A stretch of DNA of 64,000 bases. It comes from Octopus vulgaris. Its lineage: Eukaryota. The notes beneath the pieces are model-generated. The model was not told the DNA's origin. It was given only the letters and a program-made list of their open reading frames with translations, and did not search any database. Position numbers and translations under genes: made by a program. The stretch is from positions 49,972,001 through 50,036,000 of the forward strand of contig OX597822.1 of NCBI GenBank assembly GCA_951406725.2, written 5' to 3'. Of the stretch, positions 1 to 13,303 are shown in pieces. Numbering within the stretch: position 1 is the stretch's first letter; each line of letters begins with the position of its first letter.

Positions 1-175
1 ATGCTTAGCGGGATTTCATCCGTCTTTACGTTCGGAGTTCAAATTCCGCCGAGGTCAAATTTGCCTTTCATCCTTTCGGGGTCGATAAATAAAGTGCTAG
101 TTACGTACTGGGGGTCGATCTAATCGACTGGTCCCCTTCCCCAAAATGTTGGGCCTTGTACCTAGAGTAGAAAAA
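1..175 (+). mobile_element. tRNA-derived SINE (family A), 5' end cut off by window edge
   Basis: B-box-like GAGTTCAAATTCC followed by the conserved body GCCTTTCATCCTTTCGGGGTCGATAAA. Homologous copies at 46419-46627, 46638-46830 and 58217-58430. Confidence 0.85.
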
Positions 176-3100
176 AATTCATATGTATGCTTATACAGGC
201 ACATATGCGATATTATATGTATGCATGTGCATGTACTTTTGCGCACGTGTGTGTATTCTGGTGCATAAATATGTGAGTACATTGATTCTGAGGGATGAGC
301 GAGATAAGAAGGCTTACTCAGGTAGCTACAAAAAGACAGTTTAATAGCATAATGTATTTTATCGTTGTACACCACTCTTTCTCAATGAGAAGAAGCAGCT
401 GAAAACCTAAATGGTGTTGCAAATTTCATTTTATACCTAACTATTTGTAAAGATGTCTCAGAGTAATTGCCAAATCTGCATCACAACAGCTAAGACTCGC
501 ATGGAGAATCCGAGAATATATCAGCCGTAATTAGTAACCGACCAGCAACAAATGTCAAGTTAAAACAGACCTGATTATTGCTAAGATTTGAAAGCTTGTA
601 TTTCTAGTATCCACAAAACACCTAAGTGCTTTGCAAGTGAAGGCGATTTGATCAATATACCATCACAAGATACTTAAACCATGACTTATTTATTCGATAG
701 TTCTTCACTCTACATTTTATGCCCATATGACAATGGTTCTCACTCCTTTTCAAGTCCTTAAAATCTTGTTTGATCCACCAGTTTCTGTCCATCTTTCAGC
801 GTTTCCTTTTACACAGTATACCAGGTACTGTATTAAGTATTTCACGGAGGCCATCCTAAGCATAATCGCAAAGCAATAAAAATCTTGTACTAGTCCCTAT
901 TTTATACTTTAGGCATCAACTTGCAGATACTAAATCTAAACATCATTCACATCACTTTCATAGTCTCACATCATATACAACAGTCAAGGAAACTGTTTAA
1001 TTGCATATTAATTCATAGCATGATCATAGGTTAATGAAGAATGATTTCTCTCTGACTGATTCTTCCTGGTAAGGCCGCATGAAATATAGTTCTTCATTGC
1101 TGACGTAGAGAAATGATATTTGATTTTCAAATTCGTCGTACGTTACATCTAAGCATGAATTTTTGTCTAAGAATTTAAAAAGAACAGCCACAGTTCTTTT
1201 TCCATCTATTCTTCTACCTTATATATTCAGTACTTTTATTGATATGTGCATGATATCGAAAGAAGAAAGTATTGTATGTACAATGTAATGAATAATAAGC
1301 TCATTGATTTATTACTTTCTCAAAGAATATGATCTCTAGATACATGTGAAACATGTCTTTACGTATATAGACATAGTATTGTGGGAAATAAAACGCATAA
1401 CATTATGTGGAGTTGGAGTGTTGGTTTATATGCAGTATCAGACTTTTTATTCATCGCTTAGAAGTTAATATAAACAGACTGCATTCATTAGTGTTCTTGG
1501 GTAGAAAGCTTGATCGAACGGTTATTGCCATTTTCACATAGCTATACATAAATATGCAATGAATGAGGTCAGATTATTGCCTGATTTTAGCTTCTGTAAT
1601 ATCAAAGGAAAGATGTATTTATCTTTTAACTGTAGCTTGAAACTGCACTCCAACACTAATCCTCAAATTGTTGCTCTGTTGGCAATAAATGCTATTTAAA
1701 ATTTTGCGTGTGCTGGTATAACTGAATCATTTAAGAAAAGGTTATTTCATTTTAAAAACTCCTACAATAATTCAGACAATAGACGAAGTGATATTTTATC
1801 AAATGAGTTTATATTGATAGGATAGAATGAATATTTGCAATAGAAACGTGTTCCTTGATTTTCACAAATAAAGTGTTATTAATATACGATTCTGCAACTA
1901 CTGAGTAGTGTATGGAAGCAGTACTTAAAGAAATGCAAAAATAATAGCATTAAATTATATGTCATCACGGATTATTGAAACAAGAAAAATATACACTTGC
2001 TCTAAAGGATAATTGTAACGAACGGCATGGTACTTATCGCGTACCAAAACGTAAATACCTGCCTGTGGCAACAACAAAAATTGGGGACAAAAAGCAATAC
2101 AGAAGCAATACTTGGAGTTGTTAAATAATACTTGATTGCAAAATCCTCACCGTCGTTGGAGTGTGAGAATTTGTGAAAATCTCCATCACCAGAAGAGAGT
2201 AACTGAAAGAAAACCAGCTAACGATAGATTCAGTTGAAATCAAAATTCAGTTAAATAAAGACGTTGATTGGTATAGTAAAAAAAAATGACAAGCATTTTA
2301 ATAGGATATTGCTACATTCTGCAGGAAAATCTGGAATCTTATAAGCAGTTTGATCAGAATACTATACAGCAGAAAGGAAAACCATAGAGGTGGTGTCTCT
2401 GTGATGGACGAATGAGCATACAATGCTGAAAATATTGAGATTGTGAAAGCTAAGATTCTAATTTCGGCAACTGACCATCATACTGATGTACGTTATTGAT
2501 ATTTACTAGCAAGCTCTCAGTAGGTACATGTAAATATAACAACTTGGCATGAATAAACCAAATCCTTAAAATTGCGAAAATTTGCCGATTATGTGCATGA
2601 CAGTGTCTTGTGTGTAAAAAAATAAGCAGCCCGTATGCTTCTATTCTGATATGATGATTAACAACCATACCTGAACACTAAGCTGGGAAGAAACATTTTT
2701 AGGCAATTTCTCATCAACTTCCTATGCTCTTATCCTTTATTTTGTGTTGCAGAAGGAGTGAGGTCATAAGAAAAGTTCCTGAAAAAGTTTGGTTAAATTC
2801 TGACAAGATTACAAGAAGAGCTAACTCTTTTTGATAGGATAAATCAAGGGTACATCTCAAGGTATATTGTTTACTTTTATATTTAAAATCATACTATTAT
2901 CATTCTATTGTTATTGCGAAAATCTGAAAACTAGTGCATTGGCGCACAAAAAAAAAAGAAAACAGAAATATCACCAACTTGAAATATATATATTTTCTGT
3001 TGAAAACCTTATAACTATGACCAGAGTATAGATGATATAAAAAAATTCATTTGATGGGAGCATTATAGGTTAAGAGATGCCCCATGATTCTTCATACGGG

Positions 3101-4825
3101 AGAAACAATAATAGGAGCGGGAATCTACAGTTACCCAAGGGTGGATATAAAAAATATGTTTTGACCATTTCCGGAGCAAATATCATGATCTTAAGGTATT
3201 TTCGTATATGATAAAGTAGGGAGTCTACAATATGATTACTGAAACGGTTCGCATTCTGACAGGTTACTCCGTTAAGACAGTAGATTAGTTTTTGACGACT
3301 GAGATTAATACCCAAGCCAAAAAAAGGAAAAATAATTTTCATTATAAATATCTGCACCAATAGTGATATTATCTAAAGTGTAAACAGGAAAGGAGACATA
3401 TTAATATAGCCTGTTAATATGGTTTTATATATTTTCGCCCAAATCTACAGATCAATCAAATATTAAAATGCATCAGTGTAGGAACACTATATACTTGATG
3501 CTAATAGAATGACACCAGATGGATAGGGATTCTTTATAATATATCCACCCGCTGGTGTCTAGGGACAGAATCCACAAAAATCGCACAACTTTCCCGCGAC
3601 TGACTATCAGTTGGGAAGGTTTTTACTTATCAGCAACATTCGTGGAAAAGAAAACATAGTTGCTCTCACTTTGAAGTGCAAGGTTTTCTACTCTAGGAAG
3701 AAAAACTAACAACAAATAAATACGATATACAAAAGCATAGGGATGCAAGCTAAGCACATAGCTGCTACAACGTATACTATGTAGAATGAATAACATCAAA
3801 ACTACGATCGGCGTCATAACCAGAAATCTGAATATGATATAATGGTACTATCTATCGATGCCGTATGCTGTAGTTTTATAACATTATTTGTAGAAATGAT
3901 AGTCCATTTTATCCAAAAAGTTCTCGTCCTATAAAAAATACTAGTGAATTGTTCCTGCAAAGCTGTCTGTCCAATGAAGTCCCAATAGATCTGAGACGGA
4001 GGAAACACTGTGTGCGCAATGATACATATTACTTATCCTGCAGACATTAGCACAATTCTAACAAAAACAAAGCAACATCCGTGTTGTCCTAACGATCTAA
4101 TTTTATTCAACTCTTAGGTATGCTACTAACATACATACCAGTAATTGTACTTTAAAAAAATCAGAGGAGAGATGGCCAGTTACGAAATTATAATTACAAA
4201 TCTTATTGAAAATTAGTATATAACCTATATCTTGAGTGACATTTATGTGTAAATAGTTTCATAATTTCGCATAAAAAAACACCCACTTGAATCTAAATAA
4301 TGCTGGAAATAATAAATAATGCTGGAAATTATTGAAATTTTTAAAATATTAAAGAGACGTCTCAAACTTTTCGGGAAAGCATGGGCTACTGATCGGTATA
4401 TCAACTTAACACAATTCCTCCTCAGCCATAAATCTCCATTAAATGAAAATTATGTTCGTGGCATAGTTATTTTGATTGTAGAATCTCTGGTTGAAGTAAA
4501 ATCATTATTGTCTTATTAATAACCAATATTTTGATAGTGTCAGAAAAAATAGTTTGGGTTACTATTTGAGAGATTTAGAGTTAAAGTTTAGTATAAGATA
4601 TAACTTACATCCAATTTATTTCTTTATCACCTTAGATTTATAAGCGTATAGTACACACTGAGGAAATCGAAAGAAAAGTTACAATTTATAAGTATTGCTC
4701 GTTATAACGGCTGCTTGTTAATGCAGATAATATAGTGAAAATTACTTGTATATAGTTTTCCATTAGCAAAACAATCAACTGTTGTACTGAAGCGCTAAAA
4801 TTCAAACTTTGAGTAAGCAAATTAT

Positions 4826-4850
4826 AATGATGATGATGATGATGAATATA

Positions 4851-4932
<82 letters not shown>
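4826..4932. repeat. (ATG)n/(TAA)n microsatellite
   Basis: Direct trinucleotide arrays; source of the poly-Y and poly-L ORFs. Confidence 0.95.
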
Positions 4933-4934
<2 letters not shown>

Positions 4935-5049
4935 TGTAAACAATAATAAGATGTAAACAAAATAGTAATTGTTTTCTTTTGCTATAAAAGATGGTTACAG
5001 CAAGTATTCTACTGAATACCACATGTTTGCTTGTCAGTTTTTTTACCAT

Positions 5050-5635
5050 AGTCAGTTGAGCATGTCTCTTGGTGGCTGACGATAAGTACATCTCTGATCA
5101 CAAGCAGAGGTAGTGGGAGTGCATCATAGCCATGTGTTAAAAGGAATTCTTTGGGGTTTGGATAAATTGCCGTGTTTCATTCATCATCCTTAGACAGACC
5201 TTATTCAGGGACCTTTTGATCGGGATAGGCTACTCGACCAAAAGGAAGTTCTAACAGTGCTCCAACTGTAAGGTCAAACGCTGTTTATCCTGATATGAGA
5301 TCAGCATTTTGTGCATTAATAATAATAACAATAATAACATTAATAAGTTGAGCATGTTTCTTAGTGGCTAACGATATGTGCATTTCTGATCTCAAGCAGA
5401 AGTAGTGGGGGAGCATCGTAGCCATGTGTTGAGAGAAATTCTTTGGGGTTTGGATAATTCGCCTCAAGATGCATGGGTGTTTCGTTCAGCATCCTTAAAC
5501 AACCCTTAATGAGGGACCTTTTGAGCAGGATGGGCTATTCGACCATAAATAATTCTAACTGCGCCCCACCTACAAGTTCAATAGCTGTTAATTTTGATAT
5601 TGGATCACCATGTCCACACATATGATTGTGATGCA
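5050..5635. mobile_element. Two tandem diverged copies of an interspersed SINE-like repeat (~5055-5305 and ~5348-5635)
   Basis: Both copies share GTTGAGCATGT...GTGGCT.ACGATA...TCTGATC.CAAGCAGA.GTAGTGGG...AGCCATGTGTT...TTCTTTGGGGTTTGGATAA...GGGACCTTTTGA. Confidence 0.7.
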
Positions 5636-6460
5636 TCTCGCTGCCTCACCAAGCCTGACAAGAAGGGGAATGCCGGTTCTCTTTTTAAAGTTGTCGAACG
5701 AACACTTACTAGTTCTAAACGGCTCGCTCGATGCCTCGTCCGTACAAATGCCTGGGGTCTGCTTCAGCAAATGATTGTAAATATCTCGTGCATGTTCGCA
5801 GATTATAGTCTCCGTCACGGTATCTCCTGCAAGCACCTTCTCCGTCAACCACACCACCTGTAGCTTCTTCATATTTTCATAGATGAATATCCGCAGTTTA
5901 CAGATTGTTTTAACACCTTTGGCAGTCGTTATAGCCTTTGTCGACTCCTGCTTCAGTATGGTGCAGATGGGAGAAGTGCCACGCTCGTGCTGCTTCCCCA
6001 TGTCAACTACACGCACACCTTGGTCTGTTTTTCGATAATTTATTTCTTTAATTCAATGCACATCACTCCGCTTCTTCTCAGCACTGTGCTTCGCACTTAC
6101 TTTCTTCGGACCTATGGTTTGAAAAGCGAAGTTTTCCAAAATAACATTCATTTTAATCGCAAAAAAAACACTGGTGCTTCTGCTAAGTAAGCATTTTATC
6201 ACCCGTCTAGCTAACGATCCACCAACGAGCATCGTACTTGCTAACATACATGTCTGTCTAGCTATCGAATCAGACACAGGATGCTGGGTGGATATTGCGT
6301 TGCTCACTGTGATGTTCGCTACGCCAACTAGCAGCGGGGTATCTGAAGCTGGTTCGTAACCCAAATTTTACCTTGCAAGTCAAAGCAAAAAATCGGCCGA
6401 TTGACGGCTCGTATCTCGAAAAACTCGTTTGTTGGGACATTCATAAGCCAAGGTATCGCA
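5636..6460 (-). mobile_element. Tigger/pogo DNA transposon, 5' part (CENP-B-type HTH region of transposase), degenerate
   Basis: ORF 5588-6016 contains ICTILKQ...KKLQVVWLTEKVLAGDTV..TIICEHAR.IY..L...F..SKCSFDNFKKRTGI...VRLGEAA, the Tigger N-terminal pattern. A Tigger-like terminus lies near 6455. It is cut by the SINE at about 5635. Confidence 0.85.
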
Positions 6461-7712
6461 ATATTTATTTTAATACTCTGTTCTGCCCTTTTCATTTTCA
6501 CTAAACATTTCATAAGATTTTTTTATTAAGAATACTTTACCTCAAACTTTTACTCAAAACTTTACCTCAAAAGTACAAATATTGCATAAAAAATAACCAG
6601 GTTCTCTCTGAGCCAATTTCAGTACCCCTTAAAATGAATGTTATATATCTTGTGGCTTTCTAAATGGAAGTTTATTGCACCAAATATATATAGATGATGA
6701 TTCATTTTCTAAAGATTAGAGAATTATCTTTGAATTATCATCGTTAAGTTAAATAAATAATGATCTCAGAAAAACGACGAGTTCTTTTGACACAAATTAA
6801 TCGGAGTAGCTCTTAAAACCAAACTGTACCAGCAATGATTATAATTGGGAAGATACTTAATCATGCCAAATCTTAATATTATAGGAACAATTGCTGCGAA
6901 CTCCGTAATCTGAAAGTAAACGAAAATATAATTCAACAGAAATTCTCTCAGAAACACCCATTCAAATCGCAATTTTAGTTGAAATATTTTTAAATGCATA
7001 CTGTTTGAATACCGGATATTCTCTGCGTATAAGGAGACACGCTTCAAAATAATCAAAGCCGTTTTTTTTCTTCTTTACGTGCCTCTCATATTGAACCCTT
7101 TTGTCAAAATAAATTGAAATTTTGGTTGAATGATTTGAAATGCATAACTGTTGAACACTAGTCAGATTTTTACCGTAGTGACACACGCTCCAAGCAAATA
7201 AAATGGACTTCTTTTGTTTAGGTGAATCTCATATTCAACGGCATCTCTCATCTTAAATTGAAAATTTTATTTGACTATCGGTAAAGCGTCGTATCGGCTT
7301 ATATCATACACACTCAAATCCATTCAAAAGACTTCTATTGTTAACACCTATCTCCCTTGAACGTGTGTAGCATTGCGATTGTTATTTGAATGAATATTAT
7401 TTTCATCTTTGCTTTCGTGCATACCAAAACATATAAGGGCAGAAAAAAGTGTATGCGGCAATTCAACTATATGAATGCTTGCTCTATTACACATTGCCCA
7501 CAAATACGGCAGTGCGGCTACGAAATCCACTTCGCAAGCACGTTGGTGGCCAGTCCCACTACTCCGTACCAAAGCGAAGTGTTTTCTACTGTAGGCCAGA
7601 TCGACCAATATCCAGTGAGTGTATTAGGAAAAGGGAAACCATAAAGTAGCTCGTCGCATTGATTCTCTGACATATGCACCTACGTACGGTTTGTATGTGA
7701 ATTTGCTTATGG

Positions 7713-7751
<39 letters not shown>

Positions 7752-7882
7752 CATGTCAAAGGGAAATGGAATTTAATCAAAATTAAAACATTCAATCAAA
7801 ATTTACATTTCCAGTGGTCTAACGTGCAAAACAATTAGTCAAGAAGACTATATATTAGTCAAATATACACGATATCGTATGA

Positions 7883-7918
<36 letters not shown>

Positions 7919-7974
7919 GGACTTTGCACCCTTCGATATATAAGTATATATATATGTGTGTGTATATATATATG

Positions 7975-8037
<63 letters not shown>

Positions 8038-8039
<2 letters not shown>

Positions 8040-9239
8040 CAGGGTGCATAAGATATTTGAGGAGAGATTGATGTTTATAAAACAACAGATAGCTTTATTT
8101 ATTAAGAAAAGCTACGAGGATAAAAGAAAATCTTGTTCTCTATAAAGTTATTCAATAAAGCTACCTTCAGCTTCAACAACTGCTTCTATATGAGATCTAA
8201 ATCACCTAGAATCTCGAATAAAGAGCTTCTGGTTCACTTTGGACATTACTCTGACTATGGCAGCTTTCAAAGAATCTTTGGTGCTATGGGTGTGTTCATT
8301 GACCTCTTTCTCAACTAAGTTTCACATGTAATAATCCAATGGATTGAGATCTGGGGAATTAGGCCAAATGTTAGGTGTTATCTGATCATCAAAATTTTCA
8401 GTCATCCATTCCTGTGTTACTAGAGCTATGTGTGATAGTGTTGAGTCTTTCAGAAACACCTATGACCTTCCAAGGCATATACTGTCAATCCATCGCTTAA
8501 CAATTACTTCCAGGACGTCAGTATAGGCGGTAGTGTTAAATCTAAGACCTTGTGGAAAGAAGTAAAGAGTAACATGTCCTTCATTGCTGACAATCCCTAA
8601 AATCATGACTGATAATGTACATAATACCTGGAAGTTCAGGATGGTCTGCACACAATCATATGTCTTTTCTTCTGTTAACGTTTTGATCTTGGTTGAAGAT
8701 TTTCTAATTTGAGAAAAACGAAAATCAAATGTTTCTGCGAGAATTTTCAGTTAGTTTAAAAGCCTTTTAAATCTAATGTAGTGATTTTCTTTTGCTGTTT
8801 CTGACAGGTTGACCTTTCCGCATTATATAAGACTTATATCTGATGTCTTTGTGGTTAACATTTCTGGCTGTTCCTTCTGACACATGGAGATTTTTTGCAA
8901 TTGACCTCTCGGAATTTCTGGGATTGTAATCAATGGTCTGTTGAACTTGCTGGATAAATTCAGATGTTCCGATCATTTCAAAGCGTTTCGAATGCTTTGC
9001 TTTATATGCTTTGATACTGGTGATATGTTACGATCGTCAGCCTCTACTTCCATTCAAACTTTGTAGACGAAAGATCTATGCTCTACCTTTATAACCGCAA
9101 TAACAGTATGCCTCGTTATTTGTTGAGTAAGCTGAGGATCTGCCATTATTATTTTCTGAAACAAAGATTATACAGAGATAAAAAAAATGCAGCAATGATC
9201 CGAAAATGGTTTGTCCTCAAATACTTTACACGCCTTGTA
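8038..9239 (-). mobile_element. Near full-length degenerate Tc1/mariner-superfamily element (maT/DD37D-like)
   Basis: Imperfect ITRs with terminal TA: TACAGGGTGCATAAGATATTTGAGGA at 8038 vs reverse complement TACAAGGCGTGTAAAGTATTTGAGGA ending 9239. Minus-strand peptides MILGIVSNEGHV..FFPQGLRFN..AY..VL and WPNSPDLNPLDYY. Many stops and frameshifts. Confidence 0.9.
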
Positions 9240-10461
9240 GAACAAAAATGGTAAGTACCTTACACTCCTTGCTGTTAAATGCTTCACACAAAACTGCACA
9301 GATAGGTGAAAAGGAAAGGAAAGTTAGCATCGTCAAAATTGTAATTCACATTGTTACTATTTCCTAATTTATCCATCTTCTGTTGTAATTGCACATGCAA
9401 CAAACAATCGCCTTTGATGTCGCACGGCTTCACAACAAATTAGTGAGACATTGAAAAATAAATATAGTTGAAGATATAAACACATACGATATTCTACTGG
9501 CTGGAGCACTTTCATTAACAACACCAGAATTTACAACAACCAATTATATAATGGACAACGTAATAGGCAATACTCCCTTCTCTACAGAACTAATTCTGCT
9601 AAAGACATTATCACTGATATACAGACGTTAGCATACTAGGAAACAAAGTGATCCGTCGTAACTGGAATTCCGCAGCTCGAATTCAAGGTGGTAATCTTCA
9701 ACTACTTTTTGATTTCGACTCAAATTCTATGAGAAATATTCATGAGTATCGACTTATTTGTCTTTTATATATAACCGAATGCTAAATCAAGTATTATGAT
9801 TTAATCGATACTAACTTCGTAAATTGATACTTGGCCACGTATTTGTAAGATACACAGTATTATTTGAATCATGGACATTATTGGTAGTTTATAAAATCGA
9901 AAGGAAGAAAATCAAGGTGAACCCCAATAGGAATCTGATTGCATTATAGAACTATTGTTACTTATTTTCAATATGGTTCACTCTGTGGATGAAATAATGG
10001 TTTCTGGTTCAGGAGAAAGAACAGCAACTTTGATCAGTGGGTTTTAGATTAAACCATCAATCCCAGGGGTAGTTTATTTTATCTGCTAGTTTATTTTATC
10101 GAATCTAGTGAGACGAAAATGAAACTAAGTACGATTTGAACTCAACACATAACCAGAAGAAATAACGTGAAATATTTTTTTCTGACAGCTTGCCTCCCTC
10201 TTGATTTACTAATAATGTCTGATATTAGTCAGATATGTTGGAGAGAGGAATTTTTCAGTCGTTTATATCAAACCGAGCGCATGGCTGCTAATTTAGTTTA
10301 TCAAACGCAGAATATTCAAAAGCAGAGTTTATGAGAACGGGATTTGAAATCATAACAGAAAACGTAGAAGAAATACCACAGCAAACTATGTACGACACTC
10401 CTATCGGTTCGACTGATCAGCTGTCCAATTCATCTGCGGCAATGTTGTTTTGGAAATTAGT

Positions 10462-10625
10462 CGCGTAAAATGGCTGTGTGGTATTAAGCTTGCTTCGCAA
10501 CTACATGGTTCCAGATTTAGTCCCACTGCGTGGCACCGTGGGCAAGTGTCTTCCGTTATAGACTTGGGTCGACCAAAGTCTTATGAATGGACTTGGTAGA
10601 CAGAAACGGAAAGAAGACTGTAGTA
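10462..10625 (+). mobile_element. tRNA-derived SINE (family B head half), diverged
   Basis: TGGCTGTGTGG..AAGCTTGCTTC.CAAC.ACATGGTTCC...AGTCCCACTGCGTGGCACC.TGGGCAAGTGTCTTC is the reverse complement of the copy at 25080-25234. Confidence 0.8.
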
Positions 10626-10637
10626 TATACACATATA

Positions 10638-10810
10638 TTGTGTCATCCCATAAATAATGCGGGTTTTTTTCAGTTGAATGGACTAAAAGTCGTAAGGGAG
10701 GGATAAGCTACCTGCATAAACTTGCTATAATAGCAATTAGTTTTACCTTGTACTTATTCTTAGTGCGAATTTTGAAGTTTTTTTCTGCAATTCAGCCGCT
10801 GCATTCTTTT
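10638..10810 (+). mobile_element. mariner terminal fragment
   Basis: GTCATCCCATAA terminus shared with the mariner ITR at 14622; preceded by TA. Confidence 0.45.
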
Positions 10811-10849
10811 CACTGGTGGGGCAGCTGTTTAATTTTTTACGTTAGCGGC

Positions 10850-12080
10850 TTGTTGGAAGAGCCCACAAGTCAAATAACTCCAACCAGTTCGCATCAAAGA
10901 TATTGGTTGCGTTCTTTACGACAAAAACTTTTGCCTTACAATTTTCCTCGAAATGCGACATTATTCTACATTCCGCCTGCAGATTGTAGTTTGTCCACGT
11001 CACGTGCAGTTTTCGCTATATTTTGAAAAAAATATGTTTCTCTATTTTTTCCACCTGTCGGTGTTAATGATTGGAATGCCACTACCGGTATCCAGTTGTA
11101 ATTTGATATTTAATCCGTTTTCTTTTACATGTACAAATTTACTTATCTGAGAGTCGATTTTACTTTCTGCTAAGAGCACTTTAGAATTTTTTACATTTGA
11201 TCTTCCTTCTGCCAGTATGAAGTCTTGTGAACAAATGTTTGACAACTGTAACATATTTGGTATTTAAAAGAACAATCTTATGTGAAATGTAGGCCAACAC
11301 ACTCGTGACATGGATTAGAACAATATTCTTTAGTTATACTCTCTCAGTCGACATATCTGTATTTTTTGCGAAATACTTTTATTGAATTTTTCTTCGTGTT
11401 TCAGGTTTACCATCCTTTCACACTCTTCTGCAACAGTCTGCAGGGTTAAGTCTTGGTTCGCTTGTTCAAGATTTGAAAGCATTCTTACCCGTAGATCTAT
11501 ATCTTCTTTTGCTGTGAGGCCTTGTACGAAAATGAGGCACTTAAAGATCTTTCACACATTCTGCTGACTGTTCCTGCATACTTAATAACGTTATTATCCT
11601 CTTTTTTAAGTTAAATTCCAACACTCCATTCCAGTGTTAAATTGAGATGTTTTATCACCGAACATGTTAGACAGTAATTTGAATGCAATTTGAATTCCCT
11701 GAAAGCAAATTTCACTAGGCTTTTTGGGCAATATGAAATTACGGTATCATTCAAGCATAAACGGAGCTAACTTACGTAATAATAAACTTACTTTTTCGTC
11801 TTCCTACCATGTTTTGTAATTTTCGTTACAAATCTCCTCGTAATTTCTGTAGTTCGCTGCAAATGTTGTACCACACTCTGAGTTATAACTGAATACTGTT
11901 ATGGAGTTCGATATGCTGTCTAGCAAAAGCGAACTTGCCGCATTTTCGGACTTATTTCAGTATAACTCCAATAATTGTTGTTGTAGATATTACTGTACTA
12001 ATTGATTCTGCAACTTCTGTTGCTGTTGATGTTGCTTTTGAAAGTGTATTAAATGAGCTAATAGGTCTTCCATCATTTAA
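10850..12080 (-). mobile_element. Ty3/Gypsy LTR-retrotransposon relic (gag + aspartic protease), pseudogenised
   Basis: Protease motif KLQLDTGSGIPII in ORF 11042-11254. Upstream gag-like peptides FKCLIFVQGLTAKEDIDLRVRMLSNLEQ..LTLQTVAEECERM and NFILPKKPSEI. Gln-rich N-terminus near 12050. No LTRs seen. Confidence 0.8.
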
Positions 12081-12189
12081 CAAGTTGTGACACTAAATTT
12101 ACAATCTTTGGCGTTCGCAAAATACGTCCAATTTGATTAGGATATAATGATTGCGGTATAAGCACTCACACGCACACACATATTATATA

Positions 12190-12415
12190 TTCTTTAATTC
12201 TTTTACTATTTTATTTTGTTTGAGTCATTTGGCTGGGGCCATGGTGGGGGAACGCCTTTCGGCGAACAAATCGACCTCAAGGCTTATTCTTCGTAAGACT
12301 AGTACTTATTCTATTGCTTCCTTTTGCCAAACCACTAGTTTGTGGGGAAGCAAAATCACCAACATCGCTTGCCAAGCGATGGTGGTAGAACTAACACAAA
12401 CGAACAAATAAATAT
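12190..12415 (-). mobile_element. SINE family B tail half, diverged
   Basis: TGTTTGAGTCATTTGGCTG.GGCCATG...CGAACAAATCGAC...CTAGTACTTATTCTAT matches family B. Confidence 0.7.
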
Positions 12416-12419
12416 CTAC

Positions 12420-12496
<77 letters not shown>

Positions 12497-13256
12497 CACC
12501 CACCCCGAACGCCATGCATCCTTTTCCAAGTACGTTTTATCTATATATACATATACATATATCAACACAGAAGGGTGCATGTAGCTGTCTGCATGGGATG
12601 ACAAATGATAACCATAAAACAGGTGATATTTCATAGATAAAAATAAAATTGAATTGATTTAGTGAAAAGAACATCGACGATAATCGAATATATCTTAAAA
12701 TACTGTTGAATGTAGAGAGTGAGAGAAAGAGAGAGAGAGGGTAGGGGCAGGAGTTTCAGAGAAAGAGGAAGAGAAAGTTAAAGTGGACAGTATTCTACCA
12801 TATATACTTTGGTAGATGACTAATTGCAAGACGAAACACGTAAAGCAGGTGCAAATTTGCACTACCTAGCTACCTACCTGACTACCTATCTGACTACCTA
12901 CCTACCCTTATAACTACCAACCCACATAGATACATACATACATACATACATACATACATACCTATCTACTTACTTACCTAGCTACCAATCTACCTACCTT
13001 CATAGATACCCGACCAAACATATATATATATATATACATGTGTATATATAAAACTAATTAATAATTAATAAACATTTCAGATAATCAATGGAGTATCAAT
13101 TTAAGTAAAAAAAAAATATTGCTATTCTTAGTTAATAAATAGTTTGGGAATTTGGAAAAGAGGAGGCATGATAAGGTGCATGGGGAAAATTTAAGAATAC
13201 TATGCAACAATTGGTAAAAGTAATTGTGGAAAATGATAGGGATAAAAATTTCACTT

Positions 13257-13303
13257 CTGATGAACTGTGTCTCTGTGAGTTCCAGTGAGATAATACGATT
13301 ATC
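13257..13303 (+). ncRNA. Degenerate type I hammerhead ribozyme motif
   Basis: CTGATGA, stem II ACTG/CAGT, GAGA in place of GAAA, stem III ATAAT/ATTAT, then C. Stem I poorly paired. Confidence 0.45.

Noticed and set aside
1600-2480. Possible ancient CR1-like RT traces (FLDF..., YLGV)
   Set aside because: Motifs too short and degraded to support a feature call by eye.
3070-4010. Run of hydrophobic minus-strand ORFs resembling a membrane-protein pseudogene
   Set aside because: No recognisable family motif; hydrophobic translation is expected from T-rich DNA.
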